Positions 1 to 10,092 of a stretch of DNA of 64,000 bases are shown piece after piece (position 1 is the first letter of the stretch; every line of letters starts with the position of its first letter). The position numbers were made by a program, and so were the translations under genes. The stretch is taken from assembly GCA_964609455.1 (NCBI GenBank), contig CAZSRD010000005.1, forward strand, positions 4,878 to 68,877, given 5' to 3'. The notes beneath the pieces were generated by a model. The model did no database searches, was not told the DNA's origin, and saw nothing but the letters and a program-made list of their open reading frames with translations. The stretch is from an uncultured Methanosarcinales archaeon. GTDB lineage: Archaea; Nanobdellota; Nanobdellia; Woesearchaeales; JACPBV01.

Positions 1-50
1 CGGCTATATGCAAATTCTGCTTAAAAGAATATTTAGAGCAATATAAGTTT

Positions 51-111
51 ATGTAGTGGTTAACTTAGGGTAATATTTACAGATACCGACTAGAAATGTA
101 GTGGTTAACTT
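51..111. repeat. 16-bp direct repeat ATGTAGTGGTTAACTT (51-66, 96-111)
   Basis: Two exact copies 29 nt apart. Confidence 0.8.
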
Positions 112-350
112 CTTAAACTTTCAGCAGCAATCTCTTCACTTTTTTATCTATGCCCTTTACTTTGACTTCTTTTATTGATTCTCTTATGTTCTCTTCTGCC
201 TTTATTTATTGCATTTTTTAATATGTGCTGCACATGCACATTTTAGAATGTAGAATATTAAAAAACAGATGTTCCTTAATCACTTATTAGCCAATAAAAA
301 TAAAAAGATTTATATATCAAATATATAATATTATATATTGACTATACAAT

Positions 351-977
351 ATGAAACCTTACAAAGATACAGAAAACAAGATATTGGGAAACTTACTAAG
401 ACAGCCCCTGAAAAGCAAAAGTTTGCATCAGATTGCATTGGATACTGCGTTAACTTATGTAACTGTGCATAAAATAATACCTATCTTATTAAAAAGAAAA
501 TTAATAAAATTAGAAAAAAAAGGAAAGGCGAATCTTATCAGCATAGACTTTGAAAATTCCAGGATAGAGGATTTAAGCTCAGCCATATTGCATGAAAAAG
601 CTAAATTAATGAAAAAATACCCTCAAATTGCCATCTTAATAAGGGATATAGGGGAAGAACTGGCAGGAAAGCTCTATATACTGCTTTTTTTTGGCTCTTA
701 CGCTAAGGAAAATCCAAGAAAGGACTCTGATGTAGATTTGCTTTTTATTATTCAAGAAAGAAAAGATATTGAAGCTTATAAAGAGAAAATTAATAAAGCC
801 TTGAAGTTATCAACATTAAAAAAGGATTTTAATATAGTTACAACAAATGATTTCATAGATATGCTAAACCAGAAATATTCAGTTGGCAGAGGGGCTTTTG
901 AACAAGGAATTGTTCTTTTTGGAACAGAACCTTATTATGTTATGGTGAAAGAGCATGTTACAAAAAGAGGATATTGA
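351..977 (+). CDS. HTH-fused minimal nucleotidyltransferase (MNT), putative antitoxin
   Basis: FGSYAK..DSDVD Pol-beta motif; N-terminal wHTH-like segment; overlaps HEPN-like gene. Confidence 0.85.
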   Translation: MKPYKDTENKILGNLLRQPLKSKSLHQIALDTALTYVTVHKIIPILLKRKLIKLEKKGKANLISIDFENSRIEDLSSAILHEKAKLMKKYPQIAILIRDIGEELAGKLYILLFFGSYAKENPRKDSDVDLLFIIQERKDIEAYKEKINKALKLSTLKKDFNIVTTNDFIDMLNQKYSVGRGAFEQGIVLFGTEPYYVMVKEHVTKRGY

Positions 978-1566
978 AGAAGCTAAGAAACTCTTTAAAG
1001 AGTGGGACAATAAGCATATTTGGGATGCTCCTGAGCCTGCTTTTTTGGACCATACAAAGAAAAAAGCACAAGATTCTTTAAATTTGGCATTATACCTTTT
1101 AGATAAGGTTGAGCAGACAGAAGAACTTGAAGGCAACGATACAGTTACTATCTGGATTATTGCTGCAAGCTATTATTCAATGTTTTTTCAAGTTGAATAC
1201 TTATTGGGATTGGATGGAAAAAAGCTCCCAAGAGGAACAAAAGATACCCATAAAACAATTTATCTCGCTTTTATCTATTATTACATTGTTAAAGGCTCTG
1301 AACTAGAACAGAAAAAGCCCAAAGAGATAACAACGAGCAGAATGTCAAAAGCTTTGGCAATGTTTAAGGAATTGCAGGATGAAACTCTTGAGCTTCATAG
1401 AATAGAGAAAAGCGCTAAGGATTTGAAAAAACAAAAAGAACAACGGCACGAGTTTACTTATCAAATGAACAGGACAGCAGAAGTTTCTGAAGCAAAAAAC
1501 AGCACTATCAAAGCAACGCAATTTAGGGAATTAATTGAAGAGTATATAATGGCAAAGCAAGGGTAA
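955..1566 (+). CDS. HEPN-domain protein, partner of MNT
   Basis: SYYSMF helix motif, H..T, R-x4-Y (RHEFTY); overlaps MNT. Confidence 0.75.
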   Translation: MLQKEDIEEAKKLFKEWDNKHIWDAPEPAFLDHTKKKAQDSLNLALYLLDKVEQTEELEGNDTVTIWIIAASYYSMFFQVEYLLGLDGKKLPRGTKDTHKTIYLAFIYYYIVKGSELEQKKPKEITTSRMSKALAMFKELQDETLELHRIEKSAKDLKKQKEQRHEFTYQMNRTAEVSEAKNSTIKATQFRELIEEYIMAKQG

Positions 1567-1737
1567 AGAATGAAAGTTTATGCTGCAGGGGGCCATGGGC
1601 TAGAGCATAATTCAATGCCCGGCTTTTTGCAGGATATCTCTTTTTTGAAAATTTGCAGGCCACTTATACGGCTTAGAATGGATAATGAGAAAATAAAAAT
1701 ACTAAAGTTTAAATACTAGCTTTACAAAAAATGGATT

Positions 1738-2019
1738 ATGGCAACGCTGAGAAGAAGGCCTAATGCTTTTGAAACAATCTTACTAATTATTGGGATTGCT
1801 TTGATAGTAGTTGGTTACATAGCTATACACCGAATGGTTGTTTTTGAAGGTGCGCTTTCTTGGGATCTTCTTCAGACAACTTTCTTATGGCTTTTGATGA
1901 TTCTAATGGTTATATTGGCAGCTGTTAACGAAAACATGAAGGAAGAGCTGAAGATTGTCATTCTGAACCAGGCAGAAGAGATAAGGCTTTTAAGGGAAGA
2001 TTTTAAGAAGAAGAGATAA
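1738..2019 (+). CDS. small membrane protein (2 TM)
   Basis: Two hydrophobic segments, charged C-terminus, upstream TATA-like TTTAAATA. Confidence 0.7.
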   Translation: MATLRRRPNAFETILLIIGIALIVVGYIAIHRMVVFEGALSWDLLQTTFLWLLMILMVILAAVNENMKEELKIVILNQAEEIRLLREDFKKKR

Positions 2020-2068
2020 TTCTTAGAAAAGGTTTATATACCATCTTTAATTCTTATTAGGATAATTT

Positions 2069-5000
2069 ATGGTTGGGGGGTTAAAGATTAAGAAAATATT
2101 AAGATTACTTTCTATTTTTGTAGTCATCTTCATAGTTTCTTTTTCTCTTGTATATGCATTAGGGGACACTAGGTCAAACTTTTTAAATATGGTACCCTTA
2201 CGTGAAAAACGCGAAATTAATACTTATGAACTTATAAAAAATTTTAACACATTGTATATATTAGATGAATATAACTCATTGCAAGCCCCTAGTGGATATT
2301 TATGGGTGGTTGATTCTCATTTAGGTAATAATAAGTTACTTAAAATAAACCCCTTAGATGGTAGTATAGAGGCCAGTTTTGATATAATTAGTAGCCCAAG
2401 TTTAATAGGTCTCGCTTTTGATGGAAATAATCTTTGGATATCTGATTCTAATAATAATAAGATATATAAATATTCTAGGGCGGGTTTATTACTAAATACA
2501 TATGATTGTCCGTCCCCTTGTCGTTATCCTTATGGCCTTACATGGGATGGAAATAACTTATGGGTTGCAGCAGAAACTTCTACTTATAGGGATTATAAAT
2601 TATTTAAACTATCTTCTGATTTAGGGAGTATACTTACTTCTATTGATATTCCTGTAGAATATCCTTGGGATCCTGAAGGACTAACTTGGGATGGTTCCTA
2701 CCTTTTATATACTGAAGACTCATTTAATGGTTATCTAAGAAAAGTTACGCCGTTAGGACAGATATATTCTAGGATTTATAGTGAATATGATATTTTTGGC
2801 CTTGCTTTTGATGGGCAAAACCCTTGGGTTTCTTTATGGGGTTCAAGTTCTCAACCAGCTTATATTGGGAAACTAGGTGCAGATTATAGGTTAAGTTTTG
2901 CTAAAGAATACCCGGGGATTCTACCTAGAGATTCTGCTTGGGAATCTACGTCGGTTTGTGATTGTGGCTCTTGGTCAAACCAAGGTTGCGGTCAGGGAGG
3001 TTGTGCAGCAGACAAAATGTATCAGACAAGAACATGCAATCCATCTGGTTGTGATACACAATCTCAATGTGTTAGTGATGCAAGTTGTAATCCGCAATGC
3101 TCAGGTACAGACACTTCATGCGGCACTTACCCTAGTTGTACAAACTGCAACTCCAATGATGGCTGCAATGGTGATTCCTATAGGAATTATTATTGTGTAA
3201 GTAATGCTGCTGGATGTAGCTATACATCTGATAACTGTAATGACTGCTCATGCACATGCGGCGGGTATAACACAGCAGAAACAACTGCAAATGGAAATTG
3301 CGGCGATGGAAAAGATAATGACTGTGATGGAGATACTGATGGAGCTGATTCTGGTTGCGCAACATGCTCAGGTACAGACACTTCATGCGGCACTTACCCT
3401 AACTGTTTGAATTGTAATTCTTATGATACCTGCTCAGGAAATTATTATTACAACTATTACTGTTCCGGAACTTCCTGTACTTATTCTTCTGACAGCTGCA
3501 CTGACTGCTCATGCACATGCGGCGGGTATAACACAGCAGAAACAACTGCAAATGGAAATTGCGGCGATGGAAAAGATAATGACTGTGATGGAGATACTGA
3601 TGGAGCTGATTCTGGTTGCCAATCATGTGAATGCAGTTCTGAAGTATGTTGTGATGGCTGCCATTATAAACCTTCAGGAAGCCAGCCAACAGGATATACT
3701 GATGATTCAAATGGGTTCTGTGATGGCTCTAATTCTCCAACAGGAACAAATTATGTAAAGACAAGGGATTATTACTGCGATGGGGTTGACGCAGGTTTAC
3801 ATTATTTAGATACTATAGTTGATACATGCAGTACTTGTGAATACTGCACAAATAATGACTTAACATGCAATTATTATACTTCTTCTACTGTTTGCGGTTC
3901 GCAGGATTGCGACTACCTTGATACAATATGCAGGGACTATATTGATATGAATATGTATTGCAGCGGAAGCAGCAGTACCTGTAGTGCTTTTTGTTCTTCT
4001 TATACAAATGCTCCTGCCGGAACTTCATGTGGGGCTAGTCAGGAATGCGATGGTAATGGAAATTGCATTCAGGTAAGCCATTGCAATAATGGTGTAAAAG
4101 ACTATGATGAGTTAGGTATAGACTGCGGCGGAAGCTGTTCAAATCACGATTGTTGTGAGAACAATTATGAAGATTCTAATCTAGGTGAAGATGGTGTTGA
4201 TTGTGGTGGAGTTTGCCATTATAGTTGTGTTGTCCCAGTTATTTTGGTTCATGGTTATCTTAGCACCTCTGCTTCTTTATCAAATTTTGAGAATTGGTTG
4301 AGGGCAGATGGCTTCGCAGTTTATAATGTTGATTATGCACAGGGTTCTGCTTTTGCTAATGGGGATATTACTGATTACGCAAAAGTCCTATGTAAAGAAA
4401 TAGACCGAATTAGGAGAGTTGAAAAAGTAAATTATGTGGATATAGTTGCTCACTCAATGGGGGGCCTGGTAGCGAGGGAGTGCTTATTGCATTATGAAAC
4501 ACAAAAGGGAGTAAGGAAACTAATAATGTTGGGAACACCAAATCATGGCACTAATGCATTCGAGTCAAGTAAATATTTCACAACCTATATTGTCTCAATA
4601 TTTGATATAGGCCGTGGCTATTTGCAAGATGTTGCTTTATTGAATAGTATATTGGGGGTTGCAAGAAATCAAATGAGAGTATGCTCCCCATTTTTGAATC
4701 ACCTTAATTTTGGCGGAGATGTTGATAAAAGCAAGTGTGAATATCCTGAGAAGAGCACAGATATTTTAGTTAATGAGGTGGAGTATGATAATTTGGCAGG
4801 AGTTGTTGGATTGAGTTCCTTATTTCATCTTAAAAATAATGATATGTTAGTTAGTGTTGTTAGTGCTTATCTGGATGGAGCTTATAGAAATAATCCTGCG
4901 TATGGGTATGACCACTTTAAACTTGTTAAAGAAACAGAAACTTACCAGTGGGTGAAATCTGTCCTGGATGAAGAAGTAGTTGGTTCTTTAAGTAAGCTAA

Positions 5001-7576
5001 GCTTAAATTCAGATAAGATGGTTGCCCTAACAGAAGCAGGGCCTTCTGAAGAGGATTACCAGGAATTGCCTGAAATCAATGGGACAATCTATCCTGGTCA
5101 GATAAAGAACCATAGCATTAGCGTTGATTCTGCGCAGGAAATTATGTTTTCATTAGTTAGTTTTGCAGAGAATGTTAGCTTTTATTTGATTGACCCTAAT
5201 GGATTGAAAGTTGATGAAACATATTGTATAAGCAATAACCAGTGCAATTATTCTTTTTTTAGCGGTATTCATGGTTATGACATTTTAGGGCCCGTCACTG
5301 GGAATTGGAGCCTTATTATCGAAGCTGTAAATGTGAATGAAAGCGGCGATGATTATGCTATACTTACCAGTTTAATAACCGATCTTCACTTATCCCCAAC
5401 TACTCAAATAGTCCGATATAGGCTTAACGAACAGATGAACATAACAGCAAATCTTACAAAAAATGGAGATGCAGTTCTTGAAGCTGTATTGACAGCTAAA
5501 ATTCACAGGTCAGATGGTGTTGAAAGTTTGCTTGACCTATACGATGATGGGATACATAATGATAATTCAGCTAATGATGGAGTCTATGGAAATGCTTATA
5601 CAGATACGGATGAATATGGTGCTTATGATTTAGACATTACTGCCAAAGGCAGTTATAACGGAAACTTGTTTAGCAGGGCAGCACAATTTACTCTCTGGGT
5701 AGAAGACTATCCAGACTTGCTTGTTAAAACTATTTCTTTTTCTAATTCTACTCCAGTAGAAGATGAAAATGTTGTAATCTCTACTTTAATTGGTAATATT
5801 GGCGAAAAAGAAGCCATAAACGCCACAATAGAATTTTACCATTCGACTAAATATGAAGATGAGTTTATTGGCGAAGCCAATGTTAGCTTAGGTATTGGAG
5901 AAGAAGGCATTGCATCTGTTAATTGGACAAATATTACTGCGGGAGAATATAATGTTACTGTTTTGGTTTCTCCTTTTAATTCGTTTTTGGAGAGCGATTA
6001 TTCGAATAATAGGCTGGGAAAAAATATTACTATCCGAAGCAAATATTCGTTTAATATAAAAGTTTTTTCTCCAATCAATAAAATATACTATACAAATTCT
6101 ATTGATTTAAATTGGACTCTTAATCAAAGTGTTAGCTGGTGTGGATATAGTATAGACAGCAAAGAAGATGTAAGTATTCTTAGGAATGATGTGTTTTGTT
6201 GGGGTAGTAATTCCCATGGTGGATCTGATCCTTATAATGGGGGAAATGCAGTTCAGGTAGATTCTGGATGGGGGAATAATTGCGTTCTAAAATCAAACGG
6301 CAATGTACAATGCTGGGGGTATAGTAAATATGGTGAGTCAGATCCTTACAATGGCGGAGATGCAATCCAAGTATCTGCTGGTTATTATCATACTTGCGTT
6401 CTAAAATCAAACGGCAATGTACAATGCTGGGGGTATAGTAAATATGGTGAGTCAGATCCTTACAATGGCGGAGATGCAATCCAAGTATCTGCTGGTTATT
6501 ATCATACTTGTGTCCTTAAATCAAACGGCAATGTACAATGCTGGGGGTATAATGAGGATGGTAGAGCTGATCCCTACAATGGAGGAAATGCAATTCAAGT
6601 TTCTGCTGGTGTTTCTCATACTTGCATTCTAAAATCAGGTGGCAATGTAAAATGCTGGGGATTAAATGACCAAGGTCAAGTAATCTCCTATAATTTGGGA
6701 AATGCAATTCAAGTCTCTGCTGGTGCTTCTCATACTTGCATTCTAAAATCAGGTGGCAATGTAAAATGTTGGGGATTAAATGACCAAGGTCAATCAGAAC
6801 CTTATAATGGTGGAGACGCAATACAATTATCTGCTGGTGTTTGGCATAATTGTGTTCTTAAATCAAATGGGAATGTTCATTGTTGGGGAGATAATTATAG
6901 TGGTAAATCTACAGATTATAATGACGGAGACGCAACCCAGATATCTGTTAATTGTTGTAATACTTGTGCTATGATACATTCTGAAGGCAATTTAACTCTT
7001 AAGGATTTGCAACAAGGCGTACATAGCCTAGTTGTTTCTTGTAATGCTACCCTGGGTAGGATTGGTAAATCTAAGGATATCTTTTTTTTAGTAGCAACTA
7101 AAATCTATAATCTTACTTTAAGTGAGAATTGGAACTTGATTTCGCTACCAATAAGCTTATCAGATAATTCAGTAAACTCAGTATTCAGCAATATCAAATC
7201 AATCTTTACTTATGCTCCTTGGCTTTATTATTTCAACGAAACTAATAACAACTTCAATACAATCGATGAAACAAAGGCTTATTGGGTCAATTCGCTGGAA
7301 AACCAGACATTGACAATTGAGGGAATGGAGTTTGAGTATCCTATTTTCTTTAACCTGACTGAAGGGTGGAACCTAATTGCTTACCCTTCTTTGAATGTTA
7401 GTTTGATCAATGAAAGTTTGAAAGATGTTGAGTATGGGTCTATCTTGACATATAAAGATGATAACTGGCATTCTGGATTTGGTTTAGAGAATCTGACGCC
7501 CTGGCAGGGTTATTGGGTTAAGGTTCCTGCTAATGTTACTTGGGGCTTTGACGGCAGTGTTTTCAAAGAATCTTAG
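2069..7576 (+). CDS. giant secreted multidomain protein: beta-propeller, Cys-rich repeats, alpha/beta hydrolase (lipase-like), CARDB-like domain, RCC1 repeats, conserved C-terminal domain
   Basis: Signal peptide; GLxWDG repeats; VILVHG, AHSMGG, LGTPNHG; YDDGIHND..ANDGVY; HTCVLKSNGNVQCWG repeats; WNLISLP..GYWVKV. Confidence 0.85.
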   Translation: MVGGLKIKKILRLLSIFVVIFIVSFSLVYALGDTRSNFLNMVPLREKREINTYELIKNFNTLYILDEYNSLQAPSGYLWVVDSHLGNNKLLKINPLDGSIEASFDIISSPSLIGLAFDGNNLWISDSNNNKIYKYSRAGLLLNTYDCPSPCRYPYGLTWDGNNLWVAAETSTYRDYKLFKLSSDLGSILTSIDIPVEYPWDPEGLTWDGSYLLYTEDSFNGYLRKVTPLGQIYSRIYSEYDIFGLAFDGQNPWVSLWGSSSQPAYIGKLGADYRLSFAKEYPGILPRDSAWESTSVCDCGSWSNQGCGQGGCAADKMYQTRTCNPSGCDTQSQCVSDASCNPQCSGTDTSCGTYPSCTNCNSNDGCNGDSYRNYYCVSNAAGCSYTSDNCNDCSCTCGGYNTAETTANGNCGDGKDNDCDGDTDGADSGCATCSGTDTSCGTYPNCLNCNSYDTCSGNYYYNYYCSGTSCTYSSDSCTDCSCTCGGYNTAETTANGNCGDGKDNDCDGDTDGADSGCQSCECSSEVCCDGCHYKPSGSQPTGYTDDSNGFCDGSNSPTGTNYVKTRDYYCDGVDAGLHYLDTIVDTCSTCEYCTNNDLTCNYYTSSTVCGSQDCDYLDTICRDYIDMNMYCSGSSSTCSAFCSSYTNAPAGTSCGASQECDGNGNCIQVSHCNNGVKDYDELGIDCGGSCSNHDCCENNYEDSNLGEDGVDCGGVCHYSCVVPVILVHGYLSTSASLSNFENWLRADGFAVYNVDYAQGSAFANGDITDYAKVLCKEIDRIRRVEKVNYVDIVAHSMGGLVARECLLHYETQKGVRKLIMLGTPNHGTNAFESSKYFTTYIVSIFDIGRGYLQDVALLNSILGVARNQMRVCSPFLNHLNFGGDVDKSKCEYPEKSTDILVNEVEYDNLAGVVGLSSLFHLKNNDMLVSVVSAYLDGAYRNNPAYGYDHFKLVKETETYQWVKSVLDEEVVGSLSKLSLNSDKMVALTEAGPSEEDYQELPEINGTIYPGQIKNHSISVDSAQEIMFSLVSFAENVSFYLIDPNGLKVDETYCISNNQCNYSFFSGIHGYDILGPVTGNWSLIIEAVNVNESGDDYAILTSLITDLHLSPTTQIVRYRLNEQMNITANLTKNGDAVLEAVLTAKIHRSDGVESLLDLYDDGIHNDNSANDGVYGNAYTDTDEYGAYDLDITAKGSYNGNLFSRAAQFTLWVEDYPDLLVKTISFSNSTPVEDENVVISTLIGNIGEKEAINATIEFYHSTKYEDEFIGEANVSLGIGEEGIASVNWTNITAGEYNVTVLVSPFNSFLESDYSNNRLGKNITIRSKYSFNIKVFSPINKIYYTNSIDLNWTLNQSVSWCGYSIDSKEDVSILRNDVFCWGSNSHGGSDPYNGGNAVQVDSGWGNNCVLKSNGNVQCWGYSKYGESDPYNGGDAIQVSAGYYHTCVLKSNGNVQCWGYSKYGESDPYNGGDAIQVSAGYYHTCVLKSNGNVQCWGYNEDGRADPYNGGNAIQVSAGVSHTCILKSGGNVKCWGLNDQGQVISYNLGNAIQVSAGASHTCILKSGGNVKCWGLNDQGQSEPYNGGDAIQLSAGVWHNCVLKSNGNVHCWGDNYSGKSTDYNDGDATQISVNCCNTCAMIHSEGNLTLKDLQQGVHSLVVSCNATLGRIGKSKDIFFLVATKIYNLTLSENWNLISLPISLSDNSVNSVFSNIKSIFTYAPWLYYFNETNNNFNTIDETKAYWVNSLENQTLTIEGMEFEYPIFFNLTEGWNLIAYPSLNVSLINESLKDVEYGSILTYKDDNWHSGFGLENLTPWQGYWVKVPANVTWGFDGSVFKES
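3241..3619 (+). repeat. 118-bp exact intragenic duplication (3241-3358 = 3502-3619)
   Basis: Identical DNA encoding DCSCTCGGYNTAETTANGNCGDGKDNDCDGDTDGADSGC. Confidence 0.9.
6190..6960 (+). repeat. 114-bp tandem RCC1-like repeats (~7 units)
   Basis: Units starting at 6280 and 6394 essentially identical in DNA; the rest diverged. Confidence 0.85.
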
Positions 7577-8799
7577 AGCTTATCTAGAATCTGGCTTATA
7601 TAAAAAACAGGTATAAAATCAATTGCACACCCCTTTTCCTTTCTTTTTCCAGTGAATTGGTCTGCTGCTACAAACCCTTTTTTTGGCCTGTATTTTTCAA
7701 TGAAACTCATGAAGGATCTTGTAACCTTCTCCGATAACAATAGGGATTTTACCTCAAGCGGATAAACTTCATTATTTTTTATTATGACAAAATCAACTTC
7801 TGCTTTGGATTTGGAACGCCAATACCTCAACTCAAGCTCTTTTTTTATAATTTCAGAAGCGATGAAGTTCTCATTCAAAATGCCTTTGTCGATTCTTTTG
7901 TCAAGTTCTTGAAAACTGCTAATTACTATATTTCTGAATCCATTGTCAAAAAAATATATTTTGGGATTTTTGGTTAATTCTATCCTTTTATTGGTATAAT
8001 ATGGCCTGCTCATTTTACAAATAAACGTTTTTTCTAAGATATTGAGGTGCCGCAATAACTCGTAATGGCTGAAACCTGTTAGACTTGACAGTTCGTTATA
8101 GTTAATCAAACCGCCTATCTGCAATGACAGCACTTTAATAAGTTTGCTTAGCTTAAAATCAGCGGTTAACCCTAAAATCTCTTTTATCTCCTTTAGAAAA
8201 TAGGTATTATAGATGTTTTTCAACACTATTTCCTTTTCTTCTTTATTATGGGCAATAACAACTCTGGGGTAGCCCCCATAGGCGGCATATTCTTTGTAAA
8301 GCCCATAAATATGTTTTATGATAATCTTTGATAAATTTCCTTTAGTATAAATTTTTTCATAGATCTCTTTGCCCTTATAGCTTAAAAATTCTTCAAATGA
8401 GAATGGAAAAAGATTAAACACAAAAATCCTTCCAACAAGGTATTTAATGCTTTTAATTGTCAGCCCTGTTGCAGATGAGCCCGATATAAATATTTTGATA
8501 TTATAATTATCATAAATAAACTTGAGACTTTTGCCCCCGTCAGAGGCATATTGAAACTCATCAATAAAGAGGTACTTGTTTGGTTTTACGTATAGCTCTA
8601 TAAATGAGCTTATGTCTGTCATAAAAAGCTCAAGTTTTTCCCTATCTTCAAAATCAATAAATACTGCATTTTTTAGATTTTTAAATATGCGGTTTAGCAG
8701 GGTAGTCTTACCGCATTGTCTTGGCCCCATAACTGCTATGACCTCTTTTTTATTAAGGTACTTTAATAGTGTTTTTTCCAATGTTCTTGGTATGTACAT
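7573..8799 (-). CDS. AAA+ ATPase (AAA_14/DUF4143 type)
   Basis: GPRQCGKT, FIDEFQ, SGSS, YGGYP, EVDF..LEVK. Confidence 0.9.
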   Translation of the reverse strand: MYIPRTLEKTLLKYLNKKEVIAVMGPRQCGKTTLLNRIFKNLKNAVFIDFEDREKLELFMTDISSFIELYVKPNKYLFIDEFQYASDGGKSLKFIYDNYNIKIFISGSSATGLTIKSIKYLVGRIFVFNLFPFSFEEFLSYKGKEIYEKIYTKGNLSKIIIKHIYGLYKEYAAYGGYPRVVIAHNKEEKEIVLKNIYNTYFLKEIKEILGLTADFKLSKLIKVLSLQIGGLINYNELSSLTGFSHYELLRHLNILEKTFICKMSRPYYTNKRIELTKNPKIYFFDNGFRNIVISSFQELDKRIDKGILNENFIASEIIKKELELRYWRSKSKAEVDFVIIKNNEVYPLEVKSLLLSEKVTRSFMSFIEKYRPKKGFVAADQFTGKRKEKGCAIDFIPVFYISQILDKL

Positions 8800-8902
8800 T
8801 TTATCCCTGCTAAAATTAAAATTAGTTAAATTTTAGCATTACTTATATTTAAAGATTTCTATAGTCTAGACTACATATAGGGTAGCCTAAAAGTCTAACT
8901 AT

Positions 8903-9175
8903 TCAATGCCCTAACATTCTCCAGATAAAATTCTGTATATTCTCAGAGAACATCAATGATAAGAAGATCACATATCCAAGGGTAAATAACACCAGCGCAA
9001 TTATCAAAGGAGCTGTTTGAGCAGGTGATAAAAGCTCTGAGCCTGAGGAAATATTATACTGCAGATAGAAGATCCATGACAAGCTTAAAACTATTGGCAA
9101 AGCCAATACTGTTTTTTTCCAAGGCTCTAATTTTGGATGTTTTTTAAAAACTTCTTCTTTAGCTTTTTTTCTCAT
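8903..9175 (-). CDS. small membrane protein
   Basis: Two TM segments; abuts pilin gene. Confidence 0.65.
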   Translation of the reverse strand: MRKKAKEEVFKKHPKLEPWKKTVLALPIVLSLSWIFYLQYNISSGSELLSPAQTAPLIIALVLFTLGYVIFLSLMFSENIQNFIWRMLGH

Positions 9176-9676
9176 TTAGCATTCACCTATTTTATCTATT
9201 GAAAAACCGCTCTTTGGGCATAATCTTTGCTGACCAGCATTATTGAATTTAGGTATGAATATGACCTTTTCTATTTTACCAATACCTGAGTAAGAATGCT
9301 CTAGTTTCACTATCTCTCCGACATTTATTTTTCTGTCAATTTCTGATGAATCAATACCTTCCCCTAATACAGAAATGCCTAATCCATCCAGCTCAATCTC
9401 CCCATTATTTTGAATTGTGAAAAACAATACATTATCTTTGTAGCATATGCCTTTATTTTCACCATAATCAATAAGTGTTAAGCTAGTTTGTTTGCACTCT
9501 ACTGGTTTTGCTGGCGTGTAACCTGCTTTACCCCAGCTCATTACTACTCCACCTAAGGCTATAGCAAAAGCTATCAAAATGATTGTTGAAAATAAAGGGG
9601 ACATGGCTTTTTTTTGAAAAAATCTTCGATTTTTTCTAAACCTATAAAAAATTTTCAATTTTTTAAGTTTTCTCAT
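9176..9676 (-). CDS. archaeal type IV pilin-like protein
   Basis: Basic leader then KKA/MSPLFSTIILIAFAIALGGVV class III signal peptide. Confidence 0.8.
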   Translation of the reverse strand: MRKLKKLKIFYRFRKNRRFFQKKAMSPLFSTIILIAFAIALGGVVMSWGKAGYTPAKPVECKQTSLTLIDYGENKGICYKDNVLFFTIQNNGEIELDGLGISVLGEGIDSSEIDRKINVGEIVKLEHSYSGIGKIEKVIFIPKFNNAGQQRLCPKSGFSIDKIGEC

Positions 9677-9966
9677 TTTCTCAATTCAAATAACCTTAAC
9701 CTTATCCATCTCTCTTCTTTGTGGGATATCACCAGATAAGGCACCGTGCTAATGATCAGAATAATAATCCCTACTATAACCAGGATATTTAACATTAGGC
9801 TATCTATATATTCAAAAGCAAAGCCTATAACTCCCGCTACTAAAAAACCAAAATAAAGAAAAAGGCCCATGTTTAGGACAATTCTAGCTTTTTCCCTGTT
9901 CATTCTGCTTTTTTCTACTTCCAGATAGATTGTTTCTTCACTCTTTTTTGGCATTATATCCACCAT
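9673..9966 (-). CDS. small membrane protein
   Basis: Two TM segments; overlaps pilin start. Confidence 0.65.
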   Translation of the reverse strand: MVDIMPKKSEETIYLEVEKSRMNREKARIVLNMGLFLYFGFLVAGVIGFAFEYIDSLMLNILVIVGIIILIISTVPYLVISHKEERWIRLRLFELRK

Positions 9967-10092
9967 AATCTGCTTAATATATAAATTTTGTGATTTATCC
10001 TCACTTTCCGTAATTTTTACAGAAAGGATTAAATAGGGATTTATATTCTTCTCGATGGGGGGGTTAAAATTAGAAAAATTATATGGTTAGCT

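Noticed and set aside
51..111. CRISPR array
   Set aside because: Only two 16-bp copies, too short for a CRISPR repeat, and no cas genes in the window.
1570..1719. 49-aa ORF after HEPN
   Set aside because: No recognisable motif; runs through the next gene's TATA box.
3241..6510. DGR template/variable repeats
   Set aside because: Repeats are in-frame and identical, with no adenine-specific mismatches; no reverse transcriptase in the window.
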